Assembly (NCBI GenBank): GCA_031409335.1
Contig: JANNWY010000215.1
Span: 1-18,150, forward strand
From: Chthoniobacteraceae bacterium
GTDB lineage: Bacteria; Verrucomicrobiota; Verrucomicrobiia; Chthoniobacterales; Chthoniobacteraceae
Direction: 5' to 3'
DNA length: 18,150 bases
The first letter of the stretch is position 1. Each line of letters begins with the position of its first letter. A model generated the notes under the pieces. That model saw only the letters and a program-made list of their open reading frames with translations, was not told the DNA's origin and made no database searches. The position numbers and the translations under genes were made by a program. Below are positions 1-7,520 of the stretch, one piece after another.

Positions 1-896
1 ACCTCCCCTCCATCGGCCACCGCCGGTTCCATCTTGTACATGCCCTTGCCTGCGACCCACAAGTCGTCGTACATGTCGGGCATGATCGAGAGCACGCGCT
101 TGACCGGAGAATCGAGCCAGACGATGTGGCGTCGCGACGAAAGATCGGCCGCCTCCGACCAGGCTTCGGCAATGGGACCGCAGTAAATTCCCGCGATGCC
201 TTCGTGCATGACCACGGGAGCGATGAGCGACAAAGGGCGGTCGACCATACGCGCCGCGCGATCGATCACTGCGCGGACCGCGGTCGCCTTGGCGCCGATG
301 ACCTCGTAGTTGGTGATCAACGCCCCGAGCCAGTGAGTGAAGTGGATGATCTCCGGACCGGCGATGCCGGGGAACAAGTACTTGGTCCCGCCCGAGAAGC
401 CCGCCACTTCGTGGGGGACGACAGGTCCGCAGACGACCACGTGGTCGTACTCGAGCAGCAGCCGGTTCAAAGCCACGGTGACGTCGCGCCGCATCCGGCC
501 GCCCGTGAGCTGTTCGATCTCTGCTTCCGGAATGGTCCCGAGGGTCGTGAAGGTCGAAGGGTCGTCCCAGCGGTGATTGAAGATGCTCCGCTCGCCCGCT
601 TTTCCGTCGGTGACCGTACGACCGATGAGCTTCGAAAGCTGGGCGTCGGTCATCGGCAGATGGGTCCCGAGGGCCACGAGAAAATCGAGCGCCCGCGTGC
701 GGGGAGCCACCGCCTCCTCCAGCACACCGAACAGAAGGGGCATCGGCATCGTCCGAGTGCCGTCCGGAATCAGCACGAGCACGCGCTTGCCGTCGAGCGG
801 CATCCGCGCGAGCGCCTCGTGGACGATGGCCCGGACTTCGTCCGAAGAGAGGAAGCCGGACTCGATGCCGCGGCCGACGACGGAACCCATCGTCAT
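1..896 (-). CDS. larA: LarA-family (lactate racemase domain, nickel-pincer nucleotide-dependent) 2-hydroxy-acid racemase/epimerase; 3' end runs off the window
   Basis: Manual translation from ATG at 896 (alternative ATG at 890) is open to the window edge: MTMGSVVGRG...RVLVLIPDGTRTMP...FLVALGTHLPM...IFNHRWDD...GPVVPHEVAGFSGGTKYLFPGIAG...IHFTHW...YDDLWVAGKGMYK. The DxTR, AxGxH, PHxxAGFSGGxK and late KG motifs match LarA. It is missing from the ORF track because its stop lies outside the window. Confidence 0.88.
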   Translation of the reverse strand, partial: MTMGSVVGRGIESGFLSSDEVRAIVHEALARMPLDGKRVLVLIPDGTRTMPMPLLFGVLEEAVAPRTRALDFLVALGTHLPMTDAQLSKLIGRTVTDGKAGERSIFNHRWDDPSTFTTLGTIPEAEIEQLTGGRMRRDVTVALNRLLLEYDHVVVCGPVVPHEVAGFSGGTKYLFPGIAGPEIIHFTHWLGALITNYEVIGAKATAVRAVIDRAARMVDRPLSLIAPVVMHEGIAGIYCGPIAEAWSEAADLSSRRHIVWLDSPVKRVLSIMPDMYDDLWVAGKGMYKMEPAVADGGE

Positions 897-972
897 GGGA
901 GCGCCAACCGGCGCTTTGGCCAACGCGCGCCCGTGAGCGAGTTCACGCCACCTGGTTCACACAGGTCATTCC

Positions 973-1743
973 TCACTGGTTGACGCCGCTTGCGAGGAAG
1001 CCGCCATCGACGGCGAGCACTTCGCCGTTCACAAAACTCGCGCCCTCAGAAGCCAGAAAGACGCACGCGGGTGCTAGTTCATCGACCCGGCCAAACCGCT
1101 TGAGAGGCGTTCGCTCCAGCAGTTCCTGTCCGCGCCCCGACTCGTCGAGAAGCCGGGTATTGAGGGCGGTGCGGAAGACCCCCGGGGCGATCGCGTTCAC
1201 GTTCACCCCTCGCGGGCCCCATTCCACCGCGAGCGCGCGGGTGAGGCCGGCCACCGCAGACTTGCTGGCGGTGTACGCCGCGACTTCGTGCAGGCCCACG
1301 AAGGAAGTCAACGAGGCGATGTTGATGATCCGACCGTAGCCGTTCCCCAGCATGCTACGGCCGAAGATCTGGCAGGCCCTGAAGGTGCCCGTGAGGTTGG
1401 TGGCGATGATGGAGTCCCATTCCTGGTCGGAGACGTCGAGAGTGGGCGTGCGCTTGGTGATGCCCGCGCAGTTCACCAGAATGTCCACCTTCGAGAAGGC
1501 GGCGAGGGTGGCCGCAAGCGCGGCCTCGAGGGCGGAACGGTCGAGCGCGTCCGCGGTGAGGCGCAGGCTCTTTCGGCCCCGCGATTCGACGGAAGCGGCG
1601 GCATGGTCCACCATGTCCTTGCGCCGGGAGATCGGGACGACGTCGGCGCCGCCTTCGGCCAGGCCCTGGGTCAGAGCGAGGCCGATGCCCGACGTCCCGC
1701 CGATAACCACCGCCACACGTCCCGAGAGTTCGAGTTGTTTCAT
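973..1743 (-). CDS. Short-chain dehydrogenase/reductase, KduD / gluconate 5-dehydrogenase-like
   Basis: Rossmann GGTSGIG, NCAG, NIAS, catalytic YTASK, VNAIAPG and C-terminal VDGG. ATG at 1743 is preferred over the TTG at 1749, which overlaps the upstream stop. Confidence 0.92.
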   Translation of the reverse strand: MKQLELSGRVAVVIGGTSGIGLALTQGLAEGGADVVPISRRKDMVDHAAASVESRGRKSLRLTADALDRSALEAALAATLAAFSKVDILVNCAGITKRTPTLDVSDQEWDSIIATNLTGTFRACQIFGRSMLGNGYGRIINIASLTSFVGLHEVAAYTASKSAVAGLTRALAVEWGPRGVNVNAIAPGVFRTALNTRLLDESGRGQELLERTPLKRFGRVDELAPACVFLASEGASFVNGEVLAVDGGFLASGVNQ

Positions 1744-1745
1744 CG

Positions 1746-3326
1746 TCAAGCGCCCGCCCGCACCGGCTGTCCATCCTCGGCCGTCGCGGCTTCGGCACGA
1801 CGCAGGGACGAAAGCCGGGCGGCCAGTTCGGCGCTGAGTCTGATCGCCGTGGGCGTGGTCGCGAGGCCGCCGAGTGAGGTGCAGCGGTGTTCACGCGGCA
1901 TAGCCTGGGAGACCCTTCGGGCCGCGTCCACCACTTCGTCAAAGGGAATGACCTGGTCGTAGCCCGCAAGTGCCACGTTGGCACAGGAGAATGCGTTGCT
2001 CGCTGCGATGATGTTCTTGCCCAGGCACGGCACTTCCACGCGCGCGGCCACCGGATCGCAGATTAGGCCCAGCATGCTTTGCAGCGCCATCGATGACGCA
2101 GCGACCGACTGCGCTAGCGTGCCGCCAGCGAGCGTAACCAATGCGGCAGCAGCCATGCTGGCGGCGGATCCGCCTTCGACCTGGCAGCCACCGACTTCGG
2201 CGGCAAAGGTGAAACTGGTGGCGATGAACACGCCGATGACGCCGCTGGCGAGCATGGCCTTGGCCATGTCTTCTTCGCCCAGGCCCATTTCTTCTGCCAT
2301 CGCGATCACGGCACCGGGCAACGCGGCGCAGGCGCCAGCCGTTGGCGCGGCGACGATGACGCCCATCGAACTTTTCACTTCCATCAATGCGGTGACGTAC
2401 AGCACGATGCGATTTAGTGCGCCGCCGTCGAGCAAACGCCCCGCGTTAAGCAGTTGCGCAAAACGCCCGCTTTGATGCCCGAGCACGCGATCCTCGTATT
2501 GGGTGCCTGCGATGCCGCTGGCGATGGACTTTCGCAGAATGCGCACGATGGCGGTCATTTTCGCGAGCACTTCGGCTTCGGTGAAATTGCCGCGCGCGCG
2601 CTCGTACTCGACGGCGAGTTGCCAGAGCGGCGTGTTTTTTTCGCCGTCGTGCAGCAGCATATCGGCGCAGCTTGCGAAGGGCACTCGCAGATCTTTCCGC
2701 GATGGGACGGGGAGCACGGGCGAGAGCTTTTTTACCAGGCTCGGGCTCAAGTCGGCTGTCGCGACGAACTGCGCGGCTCTGACTTGCCAGAGCACCGCCG
2801 TCCCCAAATCGTGTCGGATGATTTCATCGGCCTCGATTGCCGGCTCGATGCCAGCGGGCAGCCAGATGAGCGTTTCGTGATACCCGCCGTCCATGTGCAG
2901 CTCGATGCCGTCGATGGAAAGGACTTCCATCATTCCGCCGCCGGTCGAGATCGCGATGAGCGAGTGCGTTTCGCGTTGGTTGCGCAGCGTGAGGCGATAG
3001 GTATTCGGATGCGGATCGCCGACATCGACGGTCTCGATGCGCAGCGTGATCCCGGCGTCCGCGAGCGCCCGCGCGGAGTCCGGCAGCCGTTCGTCATCCG
3101 CCTCCCAGCCGAGCAGTCCGCCAAAGAGCCCCATATCACTGCCCTGGCTCTCATGCGTGGTCGGCAGAGAGCCCGCGCGATCAAATTCCACGAGCACGTC
3201 GGCGAGTTCGCCGTCCATCAAATCCCGCGCCAACCGCCCGATCCGCAGCGCTGCCGCACAATGCGAACTCGACGGCCCGCGCATCACGGGTCCGATCACG
3301 TCGTTGAAAATGGATACAGGAGTCAT
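1746..3326 (-). CDS. sdaA: Fe-S-dependent L-serine dehydratase, fused beta and alpha chains
   Basis: N-terminal SIFNDVIGPVMRGPSSSH and STGGG (beta chain). IVAAPTAGAC, AEVGGCQ and LGLICDPVAARVEVPC (alpha chain with three cluster Cys). C-terminal IPFDEVV and TSLGGLATTPT. Confidence 0.92.
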   Translation of the reverse strand: MTPVSIFNDVIGPVMRGPSSSHCAAALRIGRLARDLMDGELADVLVEFDRAGSLPTTHESQGSDMGLFGGLLGWEADDERLPDSARALADAGITLRIETVDVGDPHPNTYRLTLRNQRETHSLIAISTGGGMMEVLSIDGIELHMDGGYHETLIWLPAGIEPAIEADEIIRHDLGTAVLWQVRAAQFVATADLSPSLVKKLSPVLPVPSRKDLRVPFASCADMLLHDGEKNTPLWQLAVEYERARGNFTEAEVLAKMTAIVRILRKSIASGIAGTQYEDRVLGHQSGRFAQLLNAGRLLDGGALNRIVLYVTALMEVKSSMGVIVAAPTAGACAALPGAVIAMAEEMGLGEEDMAKAMLASGVIGVFIATSFTFAAEVGGCQVEGGSAASMAAAALVTLAGGTLAQSVAASSMALQSMLGLICDPVAARVEVPCLGKNIIAASNAFSCANVALAGYDQVIPFDEVVDAARRVSQAMPREHRCTSLGGLATTPTAIRLSAELAARLSSLRRAEAATAEDGQPVRAGA

Positions 3327-3339
3327 GGGAGATTATTGG

Positions 3340-5139
3340 TTATTTTTTCACGGCACCGGTCCGACGGGATGCGCCAGTAACTTGCAGCTTTTTTTCCTTG
3401 AGTGAAAGGATAAGCGCAGCGCAGGCGGAGGGCAGATTCCGCGTGCCATAGACGTGGTCCGTCGATGCGTAGTCGCGGCCCGGCATGATGACAAAGCCGC
3501 CGTCGTGAGTCTGCGCCATGATCATCCACCATTTGATGTAGTCGAGGTATTCGCGGAATTCCTTCTCGCTGGCGAGAGAGGCTCCCAGGCTGCCCCACAG
3601 GACGTGCATGTGAGTGGAAGCGTGGCCATCGAGCAGGCCTTTGTAGTTTTCGGCGCAGCCAGTCGCCATCAGATCGGAAAGGTATTTCCACGACTTGTTC
3701 TCCGCATTTCCAATCGAGTGCGCAAGGGCTCCGGCTCCAGAGCGCGCGAAGTGATCGCAGGATTTTCCGTTGTGCTTGTAGGGAGCGGCAGGCTCCAGCA
3801 TCAAGTCGGAGCGCACGACCAGCCGCTTCGCTCCACCCATGTCGAATACACGGTTGGCAGCCTTTTCCCTGTCGAGCCAATCGGTCGGCCGGTAGCGCGG
3901 GTCGGCCTTTGTGGGCCAGTCGCTTTTATAAGCGCCGATGCCGGTCATTCCCTCGGGGCAGAGGTATCCGATTCCTTGTTTGCTGTTCGTGGGAGCGCCG
4001 GATGGCTGCGCCAAAACGATGACCGCATGGTCGCTATCGCGAAAGCCGTAGTCGATCGCGCCACTCGGCGTCACCGTCCGGAGAAACGCTTGGTGGAGCT
4101 GAGTGTATGCGGGTGCGGCATAGTTCAGCCCCGCTTCTTTGAAGATACTCATGGCGACCATGATGAGGCCGCCGGGCATGGCCATGGCCCCGTAGCCTTT
4201 CGGCCCGCCCGCCGCGATCCGTTGCTGGATGGACGGAAAAGGTTTGTGCGAAAAGCCGCCGGATTCAGGCTCCTGTCCGGAGTTGAGGCAGGCGTTCAGC
4301 GATTCCATCGCGGGCAGCAGGCTCCTGTCTTTGGTGAGCAGATAGTATTCGCCCATCACGATTCCGTCGTGGCCATAGTTCCATGCGGGAAAGCCATTGC
4401 CGTCGTTGCTGTCGTAGCGCTTTTTGCCGTAGTCGGCCATGACCTTGCGGATGGTTGGCTCATACTTTTTCCCACCGCTCGCCATGAGCGCGAGCACTGA
4501 GCAGGAGTGGGTGTGGACCATGCTTTCGAACTTGCCAGCCCTCGCGTATTCGGCGGCGAGAAAATCGCAGAGACTGATCATCAGTTTGTCCGACCGCGGA
4601 CAATTGAAAGGCCAAGTCGCGGAAAATCTGCCGATGGGTCCGAGTTGCACTGAGACCGTCTTCTCCGCCGTCTTCACGCCGCCGGGCCAGATGATGAGTT
4701 CCAGTTTCCCGTCCCTGCCCTGGCTGTCTTCGATGAATCGGGACATATCGAGCATCGGCCCCTTCCAGCCATCGCTCGCCTTGCCTCGCCCGAAGGCGTG
4801 CGGCACCGTGAGCCTCTTTCCATTCGCACCGACGACGAGGTCGCCGATGGCTATCTTCCCGTGAGCGGGTGAGTTCTTGAAGACATACTTGATGGTGAGA
4901 AACGCAGGGTGCTCGTGGGTGATGCGCGCACGTAAGCCAGTCGGCCCGACGTTCATAAACCAGCCGCTACCGAGTTCCTCCGCGATGGCGCGGTCATGCC
5001 ATCCGTTCAGCTTGAGATTCCAAGGCCAATCGCCCTTCTCATTCACGGCCAAAGCCGGATAAATCAGTAACGCCCAAAGTGCGATGAGCGCAGGGATGAA
5101 TCCGATTGGTGCTATTGGTGTCTGTCTCATTGTTCTCAT
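3340..5139 (-). CDS. Secreted DUF6288-like protein with an N-terminal PDZ-like segment and a helical domain
   Basis: Start moved from 5292 to ATG 5139 (ATGA overlap with the upstream stop; ATG 5130 is the alternative), which exposes a signal peptide ending YPALA. NVGPTGLRA...KYVFKNSPAHGKIAIGDLVVGANG is PDZ-like. LGPIGRFSATWPFNCPRS, GEYYLLTKD, GGFSH, YGAM and QTHDGGF resemble the PVC DUF6288 family as I recall it. Confidence 0.75.
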   Translation of the reverse strand: MRTMRQTPIAPIGFIPALIALWALLIYPALAVNEKGDWPWNLKLNGWHDRAIAEELGSGWFMNVGPTGLRARITHEHPAFLTIKYVFKNSPAHGKIAIGDLVVGANGKRLTVPHAFGRGKASDGWKGPMLDMSRFIEDSQGRDGKLELIIWPGGVKTAEKTVSVQLGPIGRFSATWPFNCPRSDKLMISLCDFLAAEYARAGKFESMVHTHSCSVLALMASGGKKYEPTIRKVMADYGKKRYDSNDGNGFPAWNYGHDGIVMGEYYLLTKDRSLLPAMESLNACLNSGQEPESGGFSHKPFPSIQQRIAAGGPKGYGAMAMPGGLIMVAMSIFKEAGLNYAAPAYTQLHQAFLRTVTPSGAIDYGFRDSDHAVIVLAQPSGAPTNSKQGIGYLCPEGMTGIGAYKSDWPTKADPRYRPTDWLDREKAANRVFDMGGAKRLVVRSDLMLEPAAPYKHNGKSCDHFARSGAGALAHSIGNAENKSWKYLSDLMATGCAENYKGLLDGHASTHMHVLWGSLGASLASEKEFREYLDYIKWWMIMAQTHDGGFVIMPGRDYASTDHVYGTRNLPSACAALILSLKEKKLQVTGASRRTGAVKK

Positions 5140-6110
5140 CGCGCCGCGAGCGGAGGTTCGCCGAAAAAAAGGCGTTGGGCGTTGTCGCGGAGAATCGCCT
5201 GGCGGGCGGGCGCATCCAGAAAATCCAGGCCGCTCTCGATGAGCGCGACGGCGCTTTTGTAGTCGTTGCCGTTTTGGAGTTGGTAGGGGCAATCGCTGCC
5301 CCAGAGGAGCCGTCCGGGCGTGTAGGCTTTGACAACGTGTTTGATGAGAGGCGCGAGATCTTCGTAGGGAGCCTTGCGGTCGCCGAACTTGTAGAAGCCG
5401 GAGACTTTCACGTGAACCTGGCGGTGTTCGGCGAGCTTCAGCAAGGCTTGCAGCTCAGCGGGCTTTTCCGCGTCGGCGTGGCCGAAGTGATCGATGACGA
5501 TCTTGGTGTTGGGAAACTCGTTCAGCATCGGATCGAGCGTCGGCAGTTGCTCGGCGTTGAGCAGTGGGCAAAGGAGCAGACCTTCATCCGCAGCCAGCGC
5601 CCATAGCTTTCGCATCGCCGGGGCCTTGAGCCAATGGAGCGGTTCTTTCACCAGCGTGCGATCGGCGTAACGGCTTGGGCCGATGCGGATGCCGCGGACG
5701 CCTTGCTGCTTTAAGTGGCGAAGGTGTTCGCCGAGATCGCTCCGTCGTTCATCCACCATGGCGACGATGGAGAACCGTCCGGGAAATATTTTGGCGCAGT
5801 GGATCAAATACGAGTGGTCGTCACCGTAATACGGAGCGTGCTGAATGAGGACCACGCGGTCCACGCCACACGGCTCGGCAGTGGCGAGCAACTGCTCGGC
5901 GGTGAAACTGGCGGGCTCCATTTTGTCCGGCGTGATCCACGGGCCGAGCGGGAACCGCTTGGTGTCGGGCGTCCAGATGTGGCTGTGCGCGTCGATGTAA
6001 CCAGTGCGGGCCGAGGGCGCACGACGATCCGTGTTCTTGCATCCCGTCAGCGCCAGCCCGCCGATGGCCGCGGTGCCCAGTGCCAGAAATTTGCGCCGGG
6101 TTACGTCCAT
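5136..6110 (-). CDS. Amidohydrolase_2 family protein (L-fuconolactonase-like) with Tat lipoprotein signal
   Basis: IDAHSHIW, GVDRVVLIQ, VRGIR, IVIDHFG, VKVSG and LLWGSDCP motifs. N-terminus TRRKFL followed by a hydrophobic stretch and lipobox LTGC. Confidence 0.9.
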   Translation of the reverse strand: MDVTRRKFLALGTAAIGGLALTGCKNTDRRAPSARTGYIDAHSHIWTPDTKRFPLGPWITPDKMEPASFTAEQLLATAEPCGVDRVVLIQHAPYYGDDHSYLIHCAKIFPGRFSIVAMVDERRSDLGEHLRHLKQQGVRGIRIGPSRYADRTLVKEPLHWLKAPAMRKLWALAADEGLLLCPLLNAEQLPTLDPMLNEFPNTKIVIDHFGHADAEKPAELQALLKLAEHRQVHVKVSGFYKFGDRKAPYEDLAPLIKHVVKAYTPGRLLWGSDCPYQLQNGNDYKSAVALIESGLDFLDAPARQAILRDNAQRLFFGEPPLAAR

Positions 6111-6116
6111 GAAAAA

Positions 6117-7514
6117 CTAAACCATGAACCGCTTGATCGGCCCGGTCTGGTCGGCGGTGAATTTGTTCAAGCCCAGGTCGAGGTCGCCGTAGTGTTTGGT
6201 CGGATTGCCGTAGGCGTTGAGGATCGTGGTGTACCAGTTGCCGAGGGTCATGTGGCCTTCCTTGCCCCAATGCGGCAGACGGATGTAGCGGCCGGCGATG
6301 TTCAGCTTGGCGTTTCTGCCGGAGAGGACGAGGAATGGCCATTCGATGCCGGAGCTGTGGTGGGTCTCGCCGTTGTCGGGGAAGTAGAAGAGCATTGTGT
6401 TGTCGAACATCGTGCCTTTTCCTTCGGGCACGCTTTTGAGCCGGCGGACGATGGTGTCCACGAGCGCCATGTGGCGGGTGCGGATTTTTTCGCGGACTTC
6501 GTCGGCTGTGAGCTGACCCACGTTTTTGCCGTGGCCGACATCGTGCAAATTGATCTTCTCCGCTTCGAGTCCGGGCACTCCGGTGTAGAGCGTGCCGAGT
6601 TCGTCCACGGTGAAGGTGGCGACGTTGGTCATGCCGGAGATGAGCGCGGAGAGGAGGATCTCGGTGTGGCCGGTCTGGCAATCAATGGTGGTGAGTTCGT
6701 CGGCGAGAAATTTCTTGTCGAGCTTCGGCAGGTGCTTCGCGATGACGGCGGACATGGACTCGAGCTTTTTATTGCGGCGGCGGATGTCTTCCACGGCGTC
6801 CGCGTAGTTTTTAACTTTCGCGAGTTCGAGCCCCGCGAGTTCGCGAGTGAGGCCGGATTGGTTGCCAGCGGTGAACTCGAGCACTTTGCGTTCAAGCTCG
6901 TAGCGGATGCGGTCGGCGTCGTTGTTCGAGACGGATTTGAACAGCTCGTTGATGGCGACTTTGGGCGAGCCGAAGGCGTAGTTCGGCTGCTGCGGGCCGC
7001 GGGCGGAGAAGCCTTTTTCGATGCCGTAAATGTTGCCGCGCGCGTTGCCGCCACCGATTGGGAAACAGGCCAGCTCGATGTGCTCCAGCGGCGAGGGGAA
7101 AAGTTTCGCCAGCTCGAAATCAACGGTCGCCCACTTGATGGAACTGAGCCGTTCCGTGGCTGCATAGACTCCGAGGCTGGACTGCCACGTGTGATGCCCG
7201 GTGGTACACATTTTCCCGGAGAGTCCTTGCAGGATGGTGAGGTGTTCTTTGTGCTCGTTGAGCGCGCTCATCCACTTCGGCAATTCGTGTTTGGCGAGAG
7301 GCACCTCGAACGCCTCCTTTTTGTTCTCTTTCGCCATGTCCTCTTTGCTGAGGCTCGGCGGCGACATCACGCTGGGAAAAAGCCCGTTGCCTTTGTGGAT
7401 GAAAATAAATCGCATCGGCGGCTGGCCGGCGACCGGCGCGGCAAAGGCGTTTGGAAACATCAACGCCCCAGTGCTCAAGGCGGATAACTTCAGGAAGTCT
7501 CGGCGGGTTTTCAT
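6117..7514 (-). CDS. DUF1552 family protein, Tat-exported
   Basis: TRRDFLK twin-arginine signal, RFIFIHKGNG, LTILQGLS, ALISGMTNVAT, RLKSVPEGKGTMFDNT and GETHH..WPFLVLSG. It lies directly downstream of a DUF1592/1588 gene, the usual pairing. Confidence 0.85.
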   Translation of the reverse strand: MKTRRDFLKLSALSTGALMFPNAFAAPVAGQPPMRFIFIHKGNGLFPSVMSPPSLSKEDMAKENKKEAFEVPLAKHELPKWMSALNEHKEHLTILQGLSGKMCTTGHHTWQSSLGVYAATERLSSIKWATVDFELAKLFPSPLEHIELACFPIGGGNARGNIYGIEKGFSARGPQQPNYAFGSPKVAINELFKSVSNNDADRIRYELERKVLEFTAGNQSGLTRELAGLELAKVKNYADAVEDIRRRNKKLESMSAVIAKHLPKLDKKFLADELTTIDCQTGHTEILLSALISGMTNVATFTVDELGTLYTGVPGLEAEKINLHDVGHGKNVGQLTADEVREKIRTRHMALVDTIVRRLKSVPEGKGTMFDNTMLFYFPDNGETHHSSGIEWPFLVLSGRNAKLNIAGRYIRLPHWGKEGHMTLGNWYTTILNAYGNPTKHYGDLDLGLNKFTADQTGPIKRFMV

Positions 7515-7520
7515 AGGTGG

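Noticed and set aside
900..915. 6-bp hairpin (agcgcc-aacc-ggcgct) just upstream of the LarA-family start
   Set aside because: The stem is short, there is no U-tract on the coding strand, and such hairpins are expected by chance at this GC content. Not called as a terminator or regulator.
126..983. 285-aa plus-strand ORF
   Set aside because: It is the antisense shadow of the LarA-family gene, which has clear motifs on the minus strand.
5140..5292. N-terminal extension of the 650-aa ORF
   Set aside because: It overlaps the amidohydrolase gene, is Arg/Pro-rich off-frame sequence, and would bury the signal peptide.
5715..7487. 590-aa plus-strand ORF
   Set aside because: It is antisense to the DUF1552 and amidohydrolase genes, has no recognisable motifs, and is a typical high-GC codon shadow.
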